A DNA stretch of 35,093 bases from an uncultured Candidatus Saccharibacteria bacterium (GTDB lineage Bacteria > Patescibacteriota > Minisyncoccia > Phycocordibacterales > UBA2100): positions 1 to 35,093 of the forward strand of contig CAYGKV010000008.1 of the NCBI GenBank assembly GCA_964350885.1. Direction: 5' to 3'. Of this stretch, positions 26,684-35,093 are shown one piece after another. Position 1 is the stretch's first letter. Every line of letters begins with the position of its first letter. The notes under the pieces are model-generated. The model was not told the DNA's origin. It made no database searches and worked only from the letters and a program-made list of their open reading frames with translations. Made by a program: the position numbers and the translations under genes.

Positions 26684-26815
26684 TCAAAAACTCACAGAGT
26701 GGTCGACAATGCCGAACACCGCGAATTTGAATGCAATGATGGCAATGCCTGCCGCAACGATCGCGGCCGCCGCCCACGTAGGGTGACGGTCCGCGAAGTC
26801 GAGGATTTTGTCCAT
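26684..26815 (-). CDS. 43-aa single-pass membrane protein (not in ORF track)
   Basis: MDKILDFADRHPTWAAAAIVAAGIAIIAFKFAVFGIVDHSVSF; AGGAGGGAGG SD and its own terminator. Confidence 0.75.
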   Translation of the reverse strand: MDKILDFADRHPTWAAAAIVAAGIAIIAFKFAVFGIVDHSVSF

Positions 26816-26871
26816 CGGACCTCCCTCCTGTGCGCATCAGTGCGCATTGGGGGCGATGATATACTCGCCGC

Positions 26872-27723
26872 ATGAAGCGTGCAAGGCCTCCGAAGGCGAT
26901 TAAAATACCAATCAAATACTGGAGCCATTCATCGCTGATGGCATTCTTGAGGAACCCCTTGGCGTGGTACAAGCGCTATGTGGAGAAAGTGTACGACACG
27001 CCAGCGAATCCCTCGGCGCTCGTAGGGCGCGCCGCCCACGTCGCGCTTCAACACTTTTACGGCGGAATAGGGAAGGAGGGAGCGGTTGCGATGGGACTCG
27101 AGTATCTTCGCAAGGTGGCCGATTTTGAGATCAATTTCGGTAAGGCGAAGTCGAGACTCGCGAAAAGACAGAAACGCGCCGCGATGGAAAAGGAATATCT
27201 ACAAGCGACTTCCTACTATCTCGCGCGTCCGCCGAAATACGAAGTGATCGGAGTAGAAGTTTCCGCGTTGGCGGAAGTGGAGGGGTTGGCGTTGCCCATC
27301 AAGGCAATTTCCGATTTGATAGTTGTCTCAAAAGTAGACAGTACCGCCCTCGACGTCGTGGATCACAAATTTGTCGATTCTTTCAGTAAAGACCGGGCGC
27401 GGAAATCGCTCTTTGTGATGCAGGCAATCTTCAACTACTATACGGTAAAGCAAAAGTATGGAAAGGAAGTGCGACGATTTATTGTGCAAGAGTGCAAGAA
27501 AAAGAAAAATGCCGATGGATCAGCTCAAATGCGCAAGTACGTTATTGATTTTGAGGATCATCGGGAAGAGTTCGCCCTCTTCCGTCGGCTCATCAATGAT
27601 GCCACGGCAGAGATTGCGCGCCCGCGGGTGTATCTCCCTAATCCATCAGACATGTTTGAGGGGGAGAATTCCTTTGATATTTACCGACTTGGGCTTGTGG
27701 AAGAAGAGCGTGGCGATCTCTAG
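26872..27723 (+). CDS. PD-(D/E)XK nuclease family protein (AddB/RecB-like)
   Basis: WSHSSL...P..WY, G...H..L, E...IKAISDLIV...VVDHKF...Q...Y pattern; TATACT 6 nt before the ATG. Confidence 0.8.
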   Translation: MKRARPPKAIKIPIKYWSHSSLMAFLRNPLAWYKRYVEKVYDTPANPSALVGRAAHVALQHFYGGIGKEGAVAMGLEYLRKVADFEINFGKAKSRLAKRQKRAAMEKEYLQATSYYLARPPKYEVIGVEVSALAEVEGLALPIKAISDLIVVSKVDSTALDVVDHKFVDSFSKDRARKSLFVMQAIFNYYTVKQKYGKEVRRFIVQECKKKKNADGSAQMRKYVIDFEDHREEFALFRRLINDATAEIARPRVYLPNPSDMFEGENSFDIYRLGLVEEERGDL

Positions 27724-28208
27724 CGGCTACGCACCTTGAGCTTTGTCTGTTTCTTTTTGTTGATCTTGGGGAGGCGGATCATGAGGATGCCGTGTTTTTC
27801 CGAAGCTTCGGCGAGGTCGACATCGATCTCTTCGGGTAAAAGAATCGTGCGGGAGAAAGCGCCCCAGTAGAGTTCGCGTTGGAAATAGTTGTCTTCTTCT
27901 ACCTCTCGCTCATCTTCGCGCGAGCCGGATATGGTGAGCATTTCTCGCGTAAGTGCAATGTCTATTGAATTGGGCTGCACGCCCGCGACGAGCGCTTTCA
28001 CCACGATCGCGTCGGGTGTTTGGTAGATGTCTACCGAGAGCTCACCTTGCGGCTCGGGAGATGAGGATTGCTCGCCGCGGGGATGAATAGTGGCACGACG
28101 CTCCTTTCCCTCTCCCTCAAAAACGACAGATCGCGTATCCTCGTCGAAAAAGTCGTCAGCGCTGTCATGCGAGCCGGTGAGTCGGGAGAAAAAAGAAGGT
28201 TTCTTCAT
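27720..28208 (-). CDS. Hsp20/alpha-crystallin small heat-shock protein
   Basis: VDIYQT...VAGV...LTISGSRE...ELYWGAFSRTILLP...HGILMIRLPK; start reassigned to ATG 28208. Confidence 0.93.
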   Translation of the reverse strand: MKKPSFFSRLTGSHDSADDFFDEDTRSVVFEGEGKERRATIHPRGEQSSSPEPQGELSVDIYQTPDAIVVKALVAGVQPNSIDIALTREMLTISGSREDEREVEEDNYFQRELYWGAFSRTILLPEEIDVDLAEASEKHGILMIRLPKINKKKQTKLKVRSR

Positions 28209-28210
28209 GG

Positions 28211-28918
28211 TTATATTCGTAATTTTTGTTTGACGATGGGATGGATTCGTTTGATGTATTCGAGCACGGCAAGAAGGACGATGAGCCCAAGCCATACCAT
28301 TCCAAACGTCCGCAGCAGATGTGTCTCGGGTGTGTTCAGTATAAGGAAATTAAAGAGACTGTGCAAAAGGGAAGCGAGGATAACTCCGCCGATTACAAAC
28401 AATCGTTTGGTACGGCGAGACTTATAGAAAGAGATCCCGATGCATGCGCCGATTGCGGCGGAGGAAAGGACGTGGAGGAGCGTCGCCCCCACAAAACGGA
28501 GGTTTCCTGTCATCACCGTCTGCACGACGGTGTCTCCCGAGAGCGGGGAGAGCAAGAAGAGTGTGTTTTCCAATGCGGCGAAACCGAGCGCAACGGTCAC
28601 CATATATATCACCGGGTCGATCGGCTCGTCGTCTTCGCGGCGACGCAAGACGGTGAGCCGGGCCATCACGTACTTGATCACTTCTTCCATCGCAGACCAT
28701 ATAGTAAATAGGAGTGTTGTTGAGGCGATGAATGGTGCGACGTATTTTTCGAGAGGGATAACTACCGCCACCGCCACCATGCCGGCCAAAAAGGCGAGCG
28801 CTATGAGGCGGCGCGGCTCGGGGTGAGCGCTATCTTCACGTCGCCAAAACCACAGCCAGGCGAGGGCAGGAAGTATGCCGCCTGCCATTGCCGCCACAAT
28901 AGGTTCCCATTCGGTCAT
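28211..28918 (-). CDS. prsW: PrsW-family glutamic intramembrane protease
   Basis: D..HPEP, EEVIK, ALGFAALEN, LLH...LHSLFN; multiple TM segments. Confidence 0.92.
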   Translation of the reverse strand: MTEWEPIVAAMAGGILPALAWLWFWRREDSAHPEPRRLIALAFLAGMVAVAVVIPLEKYVAPFIASTTLLFTIWSAMEEVIKYVMARLTVLRRREDDEPIDPVIYMVTVALGFAALENTLFLLSPLSGDTVVQTVMTGNLRFVGATLLHVLSSAAIGACIGISFYKSRRTKRLFVIGGVILASLLHSLFNFLILNTPETHLLRTFGMVWLGLIVLLAVLEYIKRIHPIVKQKLRI

Positions 28919-28948
28919 TGGGGCATTATACCGCTTTTGTTTGAGGCT

Positions 28949-31123
28949 TTATTGCGAAACTGGCCATTTGGCAACCATCAGCTGATCACTTTCTTTTTCG
29001 GGAAGATTCTGCCAGATCGCTTCGGTAACGAACGGCATGAAAGGATGGAGGAGTTTGAGCGAGATAGTAAGGATTTCATGCAGGGCGGCGGCGCGGCTTT
29101 GCCGCGCCGCTATGTCCGCGCCTTTCAAAATATCTTTCGATTGCTCGATAATTTCTGCAGCAAATCGATCCCACACAAAATGGTAGATAGAATCTGCCGC
29201 GAGATCGAGACGGAACGCGTCGATATTTTTCGAAACTTCTGTTGCGATTTTTCTCGCCTCCTCTACCAATAGTTGGTCGCGAGGGGTAATGATGGAGATA
29301 CGATCTCCATCATGTGGATTTTCGAGAACGAATCGCGTGATGTTCCAGAGTTTGTTGGCAAAATGTTTGTATCCGCGTACGCGATCTTCAGAAAGTTTCA
29401 GATCGTTGCCTGGCGCGGCTCCGATAATGAGGGAGAGACGCGCGGCATCGGCCCCATACTTCTCAACCATCGTCAGTGGATCAATAATATTTCCGAGCGA
29501 TTTGCTCATCTTCCTGCCTTGTCCGTCGCGTACCAAGCCATGCAGGTAGACATTCTTGAACGGCACTTCGCCGCGAAGAAATCCACTCATGAGAATCATG
29601 CGCGCAACCCAGAAAAAGAGGATGTCATACCCGGTTTCCAAGACCGACGTTGGGTGATATGTCTTTAGATCTTCCGTCTCTTCCGGCCAGCCGAGCGTTG
29701 AGAGTGTCCAAAGCCCCGAAGAAAACCATGTGTCGAGAGTGTCCGGGTCTTGTTCCCAGCCATCTCCGGGCGATGTGACACACACACGCACCCCATTGTC
29801 CTTAAACCACGCGGGAATACGGTGACCGAACCAAATTTGGCGCGAGATACACCAATCGCGCAGATTTTCGATCCAATGATAGTAAATCTTTTCGAAGCGT
29901 TCTGGCATAATCTTCGTCGCGCCGGAGGAGACGGCCTCGTGCATACGCTCCTTGAGCGTCTGCGTTTCCCCGTCAGGGAATTTGACCGCCTTATTTACCG
30001 CGATAAACCACTGTCGCTTTATTTGCGGTTCGATGACGCCGCCACCGCGGCTATTCGTCGCCACATTGTGCACATACCCCTCGTCGATTTTTGCAACGAG
30101 TCCTTTCTTCTGTAATTTTTCGACGATCAAAGGGCGAGCTTTCTTGATGTGAGTCCCTTTGAATTCCCCTGCGATTGGAAGGAGAATGCCACGGTCATCG
30201 ATGACACGCTCTATATCAAGTCCGTGCCGTTGAGCAATCTCGAAGTCGATCAATGAATGCCCGGGAGTAATCGTCATCACGCCAGAGCCAAACGACATGT
30301 CCGCAGCTTCGTCTTTGATGATCGTCGCGGTAATCGGCCCGTTGATCCACTCGAGTTCGATAGTTTGCTTGTGCGCGTATTCTTTGTATCGCTCGTCAGC
30401 GGGATTCATGACGACATACTTGTCTCCGAATTTTGTCTCGGGACGCACGGTGCCGATCACGAATGGGCCGTACTGGAAATGGTAGAACGGATCTTTTTGT
30501 TCCACATATTCTATCTCGTCGTCGGAGACCGTCGTTTGTAGCTTCGGATCCCAATTGACGATTCTGTCTCCGCGATAGATGAGGCCGGCATCGTACATGC
30601 GCACAAACGCCTCCATGACGGCCGCGTATCGATTCTCGTCCATCGTATAGGCATACCGACTCCAATCGAGACTCGATCCGAGTTTTTTTGTTTGGTTGAT
30701 GATGGTCGCCTTGCTCGATTCGGTAAATTCTCCAATCCGGCGCAAGAGCTCTTCGCGCCCTATGTCGTGCCGCGTTTTCTTTTCTGCTTTGTAGATTTCT
30801 GTCTCGACTTTTGATTGTGTGGCAATCGCCGCGCTGTCGGTCCCTGGCAGCCAGAGCGTCCTATATCCACGCATACGGTGGTAGCGGATCAAGATATCTT
30901 CTACAGCGAGCATCGCGGCATGTCCCATGTGGAGCGTTCCCGTTACGTTGGGCGGAGGGAGCACTATAGAATACGGCTCAGCATCGGGCTGGGTGACGCC
31001 TTTTTTAATGCAGACATCGGGGTTGGCGTAGCCACTTTTTTCCCACAACTCCAGTATCTTTGGCTCCTGCTCGTTAGGGTTGTATGGCTTAAGAAAAATC
31101 CCCGGCGCCTTTGAGGGTTCCAT
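28949..31123 (-). CDS. valS: Valyl-tRNA synthetase (compact)
   Basis: PPPNVTGTLHMGH, DWCISRQIWFGHRIP, DTLDTWFSS, GYDILFFWVARM, KMSKS. Confidence 0.98.
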   Translation of the reverse strand: MEPSKAPGIFLKPYNPNEQEPKILELWEKSGYANPDVCIKKGVTQPDAEPYSIVLPPPNVTGTLHMGHAAMLAVEDILIRYHRMRGYRTLWLPGTDSAAIATQSKVETEIYKAEKKTRHDIGREELLRRIGEFTESSKATIINQTKKLGSSLDWSRYAYTMDENRYAAVMEAFVRMYDAGLIYRGDRIVNWDPKLQTTVSDDEIEYVEQKDPFYHFQYGPFVIGTVRPETKFGDKYVVMNPADERYKEYAHKQTIELEWINGPITATIIKDEAADMSFGSGVMTITPGHSLIDFEIAQRHGLDIERVIDDRGILLPIAGEFKGTHIKKARPLIVEKLQKKGLVAKIDEGYVHNVATNSRGGGVIEPQIKRQWFIAVNKAVKFPDGETQTLKERMHEAVSSGATKIMPERFEKIYYHWIENLRDWCISRQIWFGHRIPAWFKDNGVRVCVTSPGDGWEQDPDTLDTWFSSGLWTLSTLGWPEETEDLKTYHPTSVLETGYDILFFWVARMILMSGFLRGEVPFKNVYLHGLVRDGQGRKMSKSLGNIIDPLTMVEKYGADAARLSLIIGAAPGNDLKLSEDRVRGYKHFANKLWNITRFVLENPHDGDRISIITPRDQLLVEEARKIATEVSKNIDAFRLDLAADSIYHFVWDRFAAEIIEQSKDILKGADIAARQSRAAALHEILTISLKLLHPFMPFVTEAIWQNLPEKESDQLMVAKWPVSQ

Positions 31124-31151
31124 CGCGATATCCTAGCATAAAACCGCGTTT

Positions 31152-32339
31152 TTAAGTGAGCTCCAGATTCCCTTTTGCGTCCAAGGTCGCGAGATCAGCA
31201 AACTCCTTTTTGAGGGCGTGGAAGTAGCCTGCGAGGGCGATCATGATTGCGTTGTCGGTTGCCAACTCTGGTTGGGGAACTAGGAGGGCGATAGCGTCGC
31301 CCGACTCACGCAGTGTCGTTGCAAGGCGATCTCGTATATGCGTATTTGCCGAAACGCCGCCGCCCACGACGAGCGTATGAACCCCATACGCTTCGATTGC
31401 TCGGATGGTCTTTGCGACGAGCACGTCAGCGACCGCGTCTTCAAACTCGCGCGCGATCTCTTTTTTTATGTCCATCGAGAGGGCGGGGCCTTGGTATGTG
31501 CCGACAACGTTCCGTACGGCAGTCTTCAATCCAGAAAAAGAAAAATCAAAATTATCTTCATGGATCATCGGCCGCGGGAGTTTGCGATGAGATGTCATCT
31601 CATCGCGGCGAGCTTCGGCAGCCAGTCTGGAGATTTCGGGACCACCTGGATATCCAAGGTCCAAAAGTCGTGCAACCTTGTCAAATGCTTCTCCCGCAGC
31701 GTCGTCGCGCGTTTGTCCGATGATCTCGTATTCGCCGAAGGATTTTGAAAGTACGAGCTCGGTGTGTCCTCCAGAAATAAGGAGCGCAAGGATCGGGTAT
31801 TCGAATTCTCCTAGTCCTCCAGATGATGGAGATACGATCTCCATCATTGAAAGGAAGATGTGGCCCTCCATATGATTTACGGCAACGATAGGAATGTTCC
31901 ATACTGTGGACAGTGCTTTTGCAAAGTTAATGCCGACCCATAGCGCAGGCTCGAGCCCCGGCCCGTGCGTCACGGCGATGATGTCCACGTCCGGTTTTCT
32001 GTGTTTGAGAAGAAAGGGGAGGAGAAGGGAGAAAAGCTCAGGCTCTCGACTGAGTATGTTTTTGAGTGGCAGGAGCATCGTTCCAGAGATTGGTTCCGTT
32101 GTTTGGTGTAACGCGCCCGCCTCCCGTAGAGCTTCCTCAAGCATCGGCACAAGATTCTTCGCGTGTTCTCGTTTGGCGAGATTGGGGAATACGCCCCCAA
32201 ATTTCGCATGGAGCGCGGCTTGAGATACAAGGGAGTTGCCAAGGATCTTGAAATTAAATGCATCTCCAAAATCGCCCTCGACCTCAATAAGGCACACCGC
32301 TGTCTCGTCGCAGCTCGTCTCGATACCTAGTACTTTCAT
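31152..32339 (-). CDS. tsaD: tRNA threonylcarbamoyltransferase TsaD
   Basis: MKVLGIETSCDET, GPGL, NHMEGH, ISGGHT, DDAAGEAFDKVAR, FSFSGLKT, TDNAIMI; start at ATG 32339. Confidence 0.97.
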   Translation of the reverse strand: MKVLGIETSCDETAVCLIEVEGDFGDAFNFKILGNSLVSQAALHAKFGGVFPNLAKREHAKNLVPMLEEALREAGALHQTTEPISGTMLLPLKNILSREPELFSLLLPFLLKHRKPDVDIIAVTHGPGLEPALWVGINFAKALSTVWNIPIVAVNHMEGHIFLSMMEIVSPSSGGLGEFEYPILALLISGGHTELVLSKSFGEYEIIGQTRDDAAGEAFDKVARLLDLGYPGGPEISRLAAEARRDEMTSHRKLPRPMIHEDNFDFSFSGLKTAVRNVVGTYQGPALSMDIKKEIAREFEDAVADVLVAKTIRAIEAYGVHTLVVGGGVSANTHIRDRLATTLRESGDAIALLVPQPELATDNAIMIALAGYFHALKKEFADLATLDAKGNLELT

Positions 32340-32367
32340 AGCGATCGTTATACCATGCGATATCCGT

Positions 32368-34149
32368 ATGACATCTCTCTGGCGTGAAGATTTACCGATG
32401 ACGAAGAATCCCGTTCGTTTCTTTCTTTTTGCGTCACGTCCGCACTCTCGGGCGGCGACATTTGCCATCTCGTGCGCCGTATTGGGCAACGCATTTTCCG
32501 CAAGTATTCCATATGTATTCAAATTGATCGCTGACGCAGCAGTGGCGCTCAAAGAAGGCGGTTCTTTTGATGCGCTGCTGTGGGCATCGGGCGCATGTAT
32601 TCTCGTCCTCGCGATAGCCAAATTGTTCTGGCGCATTGCGGGATTCGCTGGCGCACGGTGGGCGACGGGAGCCTCGGCGACTGCCCGCTATGCCCTCACC
32701 TCGTACATCACGCTCCATAGCCGGACGTATTTCTCCGATCGTTTTGCCGGCTCGATCATGAACAAAATCCGCCACGCTTCGAGTGGCATGCGGGAGATGG
32801 TGGATGTCTTGCTCTGGGAATTTATCGAGCTTGCGGTAAACGTGGTCGCGAGCTTCGTCATCGTTTTCTTCGTGAGTCCGCTCGTCGCGTCGATTTTCCT
32901 TGTGTGGGTTGTCATTATCGGAAGCGCAAATGTGTACCTCGGATTTCGGAGAGTGCCGCTCGCGTCGCGCGCACACAATCTCGAGACGATTTTGAACGGC
33001 GCGACCGTCGACTTGCTTGCCAACGTGAGCGCGATGCAAGAGTACGCGCGCCGGGAATTTGAGATTGAGCGCCTCCGTGGAGCGACCGAAGATCGAAGGA
33101 GGGCGCATCTGAAGAGTTGGTACTTTGGAGAATGGACGCGGGTTTTGAGCAGCGTCATCCTGCTCATTTTCGGTGGCGCGATGGTGCTTCTCACTGTGCA
33201 GCTCGCGCAGACAGGAATACTCTCGCTCGGCGACATCATCCTCGTTATCGCCATCATTTTCCGTATCGAAGGCCTGCTTCAGTCTTTGGGATCGAATTTG
33301 AATAAATTTGCTGAGACATGGGGAGAAATCGGAGAGAGTTTGGAAGAAATCATTTCGCCGCACGAAATCCCGGATCAGCCGAACGCAAAAAAGCTCGAGA
33401 TCGTGGGAGGGGAGCTCGTCTTTCAGGGCGTGAGCTTTTTCTACGGCGACAATGTCGTGTTCAAGAACCTCTCGCTCACCATCCCTCAGGGCCAGCGCGT
33501 CGGTGTTGTGGGTCGGAGCGGTGCAGGCAAGTCGACACTCATTCGACTCATCTTACGTCACCATAATCTTGATGCGGGTACGATATCGATCGACGGAACC
33601 GACATCGCGACGGTGACGCAGGAGAGCCTTCGCAATGCGATATCGGTAGTACCACAAGAGCCACCGCTTTTTCACCGCACGATTCGCGAGAATATCGCAT
33701 ATGGAAACCCCGAAGCATCGCAGGAAGCCATTGAACATGCAGCTAATCTTGCGCAGGCGCACGGTTTTATAAAAAGACTAGAGGATGGATGCGATGCGAT
33801 GGTGGGGGAGCGCGGGATCAAGCTCTCGGGCGGAGAGCGTCAGCGGATCGCCATCGCGCGCGCGATTCTGAAAGAGGCACCCATATTGTTGCTCGACGAA
33901 GCGACAAGTGCGCTCGATAGCGAAAGCGAAGTCGCGATACAGACTGCGCTTCGTGAACTTATGCAGGGAAAGACCGTGATAGCGATTGCCCACCGGCTCT
34001 CTACATTGCGCGAGATGGATCGCATTATCGTCTTGGATCATGGAAGAATCGTGGAAGATGGGGTGCATGAAGCATTGCTCAAAAACGGCGGCATCTATTC
34101 TGAGCTGTGGGGCCATCAGGCGGGAGGATTTTTGCAGGGTGAAGAGTGA
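32368..34149 (+). CDS. ABC exporter, fused permease/ATPase (MsbA/MdlB-like)
   Basis: TM domain plus GRSGAGKST, VPQE, LSGGERQR, LLDEATSALD, IAHRLST; start probably ATG 32368. Confidence 0.95.
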   Translation: MTSLWREDLPMTKNPVRFFLFASRPHSRAATFAISCAVLGNAFSASIPYVFKLIADAAVALKEGGSFDALLWASGACILVLAIAKLFWRIAGFAGARWATGASATARYALTSYITLHSRTYFSDRFAGSIMNKIRHASSGMREMVDVLLWEFIELAVNVVASFVIVFFVSPLVASIFLVWVVIIGSANVYLGFRRVPLASRAHNLETILNGATVDLLANVSAMQEYARREFEIERLRGATEDRRRAHLKSWYFGEWTRVLSSVILLIFGGAMVLLTVQLAQTGILSLGDIILVIAIIFRIEGLLQSLGSNLNKFAETWGEIGESLEEIISPHEIPDQPNAKKLEIVGGELVFQGVSFFYGDNVVFKNLSLTIPQGQRVGVVGRSGAGKSTLIRLILRHHNLDAGTISIDGTDIATVTQESLRNAISVVPQEPPLFHRTIRENIAYGNPEASQEAIEHAANLAQAHGFIKRLEDGCDAMVGERGIKLSGGERQRIAIARAILKEAPILLLDEATSALDSESEVAIQTALRELMQGKTVIAIAHRLSTLREMDRIIVLDHGRIVEDGVHEALLKNGGIYSELWGHQAGGFLQGEE

Positions 34150-34970
34150 TGAGTATGGAGTTCAAGTATTTTTCACGCAATGGGAGTTTGAAGCCGATTA
34201 CGGAGGCCACGGTGTCGCTTGCGAACATCGAGTATGCGTATGGATTTGGAGTGTACGAAAGCATCCGCGTCTCAAGAGGAGTTGTGCAGTTTCCTCAGGA
34301 GCACATAGGTCGCCTCATGGAATCCGCCCGCATCATCGCTCTTACACATACCTTCTCGCCAGCATCTATAGAGAAAAGCATTGCAGAACTTATCGCACAC
34401 ACAGAAGCCGAGAGTTTTAATCTGAAGATTCTCTTGATAGGAGGTAAAACGGCAGAAGATGCTTCTCTAAGTATTCTTTGCTTCAATCCACTCTTTCCGG
34501 ACAAAAAATTGTATAGAGATGGTGTCCATACAATTACCTACGAATACGAGCGAGCATTTCCGCACGCGAAGACTCTCAACATGCTTCAGAGTTACCTCGC
34601 GTTTCGAAGCGCGAAAGAAGCGGGGGCGCACGACGCGCTTTTGATCGATAGGGAAGGGCGGATACTGGAAGGCACGCGCACAAATTTTTTCTGTATCAAC
34701 GACAAGACGATGTATACGGCACCCGAAGACAAAATCTTGCTTGGCGTAACGCGCAAGATCGTATTGAAGGTTGCTGTACAGAATGGATTCAACATCGTTC
34801 AAAAAGACATCAGGCCGGGGGATTTGAAACAGTACGACGGTGCATTTCTCACCGGGACATCAATCAAGATCCTCCCCATTCGTTCGGTCGACGATTTTCA
34901 ATTTGGAGAACAACCCCCGGCCCTGAGAGAGCTTATGGAAGCGTTCGATGAGTTTTTGTGCTCACCATAA
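34149..34970 (+). CDS. PLP-dependent class IV aminotransferase (Dat/IlvE/PabC family)
   Basis: YGFGVYESIR, H..RL..SA, HAKTLNML (PLP Lys), EGTRTNFF, LLGVTR, FLTGT; start uncertain among 34146, 34149 and 34155. Confidence 0.9.
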   Translation: MSMEFKYFSRNGSLKPITEATVSLANIEYAYGFGVYESIRVSRGVVQFPQEHIGRLMESARIIALTHTFSPASIEKSIAELIAHTEAESFNLKILLIGGKTAEDASLSILCFNPLFPDKKLYRDGVHTITYEYERAFPHAKTLNMLQSYLAFRSAKEAGAHDALLIDREGRILEGTRTNFFCINDKTMYTAPEDKILLGVTRKIVLKVAVQNGFNIVQKDIRPGDLKQYDGAFLTGTSIKILPIRSVDDFQFGEQPPALRELMEAFDEFLCSP

Positions 34971-34994
34971 TGTTGGGTTTACGAACCCCAACAT
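34970..34994. repeat. Solo REP-like palindrome related to family B
   Basis: ATGTTGGGTTTACGAACCCCAACAT has the same 25-nt ATG-N6-TTACGAA-N6'-CAT frame. Confidence 0.7.
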
Positions 34995-35000
34995 CATTCA

Positions 35001-35029
35001 TTGAAAAAACTCGTTTCTAAAGGTATATT
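35001..35029 (+). promoter_or_regulatory. Sigma70-type promoter for the tRNA
   Basis: TTGAAA-N17-TATATT, 10 nt before the tRNA 5' end. Confidence 0.7.
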
Positions 35030-35039
35030 GAACTATTCT

Positions 35040-35093
35040 GCGCGGTTAGCTCAGTGGTAGAGCGACCCCTTGACGTGGGGTAGGCCGGGGGTT
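35040..35093 (+). tRNA. tRNA-Val(GAC), cut by the window end
   Basis: GCGCGGT TA GCTC AGTGGTA GAGC G ACCCC TTGACGT GGGGT AGGCC GGGGG TT...; anticodon GAC. Confidence 0.95.

Noticed and set aside
26547..26972. N-terminal 142 aa of the 368-aa ORF 25866..26972
   Set aside because: It runs across a promoter, a terminator, the 43-aa gene and the nuclease start; TTG 26546 with an SD is the better start.
22423..27723. Accessory patch as a prophage or classical integron
   Set aside because: No integrase, structural phage genes, att repeats or attC-type GTTRRRY boxes were recognised; gene orientations are mixed and most genes have their own promoter.
32236..32636. Long head-to-head overlap of tsaD and the ABC exporter
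   Set aside because: Artefact of longest-ORF calling; starts at 32339 (-) and 32368 (+) leave a 28-nt divergent gap.
1..35093. Alternative genetic code (UGA = Gly, code 25)
   Set aside because: Conserved genes are uninterrupted under code 11, and TGA ends nusB, pgpA, the CA-like gene and the ABC gene at sensible positions.

Overview
Core-genome segment of a reduced bacterium, most likely Patescibacteria/CPR (Parcubacteria-like). This is inferred from compact ThrRS, ValRS, SMC and RpoB, a NusB-Nudix fusion and few Shine-Dalgarno sites on core genes; the genetic code is standard code 11 (TGA used as stop). Order: thrS (partial), hypothetical, dnaE, rnhB-rpmF-nusB/Nudix-rnc, HUH/Y1 transposase 1, smc-rpsP-khpA-trmD, rpoB-rpoC, HUH/Y1 transposase 2, dnaG-rpoD, a ~5 kb accessory patch (membrane protein, pgpA, hypothetical, Usg-like, 38-aa basic sORF, CsoSCA-like carbonic anhydrase, degenerate thymidylate kinase-like protein, 43-aa membrane sORF, PD-(D/E)XK nuclease), hsp20, prsW, valS, tsaD, ABC exporter, class IV aminotransferase, tRNA-Val(GAC). 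Main signals: (1) two RAYT-like transposases, each bracketed by its own inverted palindromic REP family, with REP copies built into the coding sequence and a compensatorily changed solo REP 16 kb away; (2) a multi-arm hairpin element where rimM normally sits; (3) a window-wide leaderless-promoter signature that exposes unannotated small ORFs; (4) a repeated TTTGTCCAAA terminator/promoter junction in the accessory patch; (5) a strongly altered rifampicin pocket in RpoB. All calls are by eye; no searches were run.
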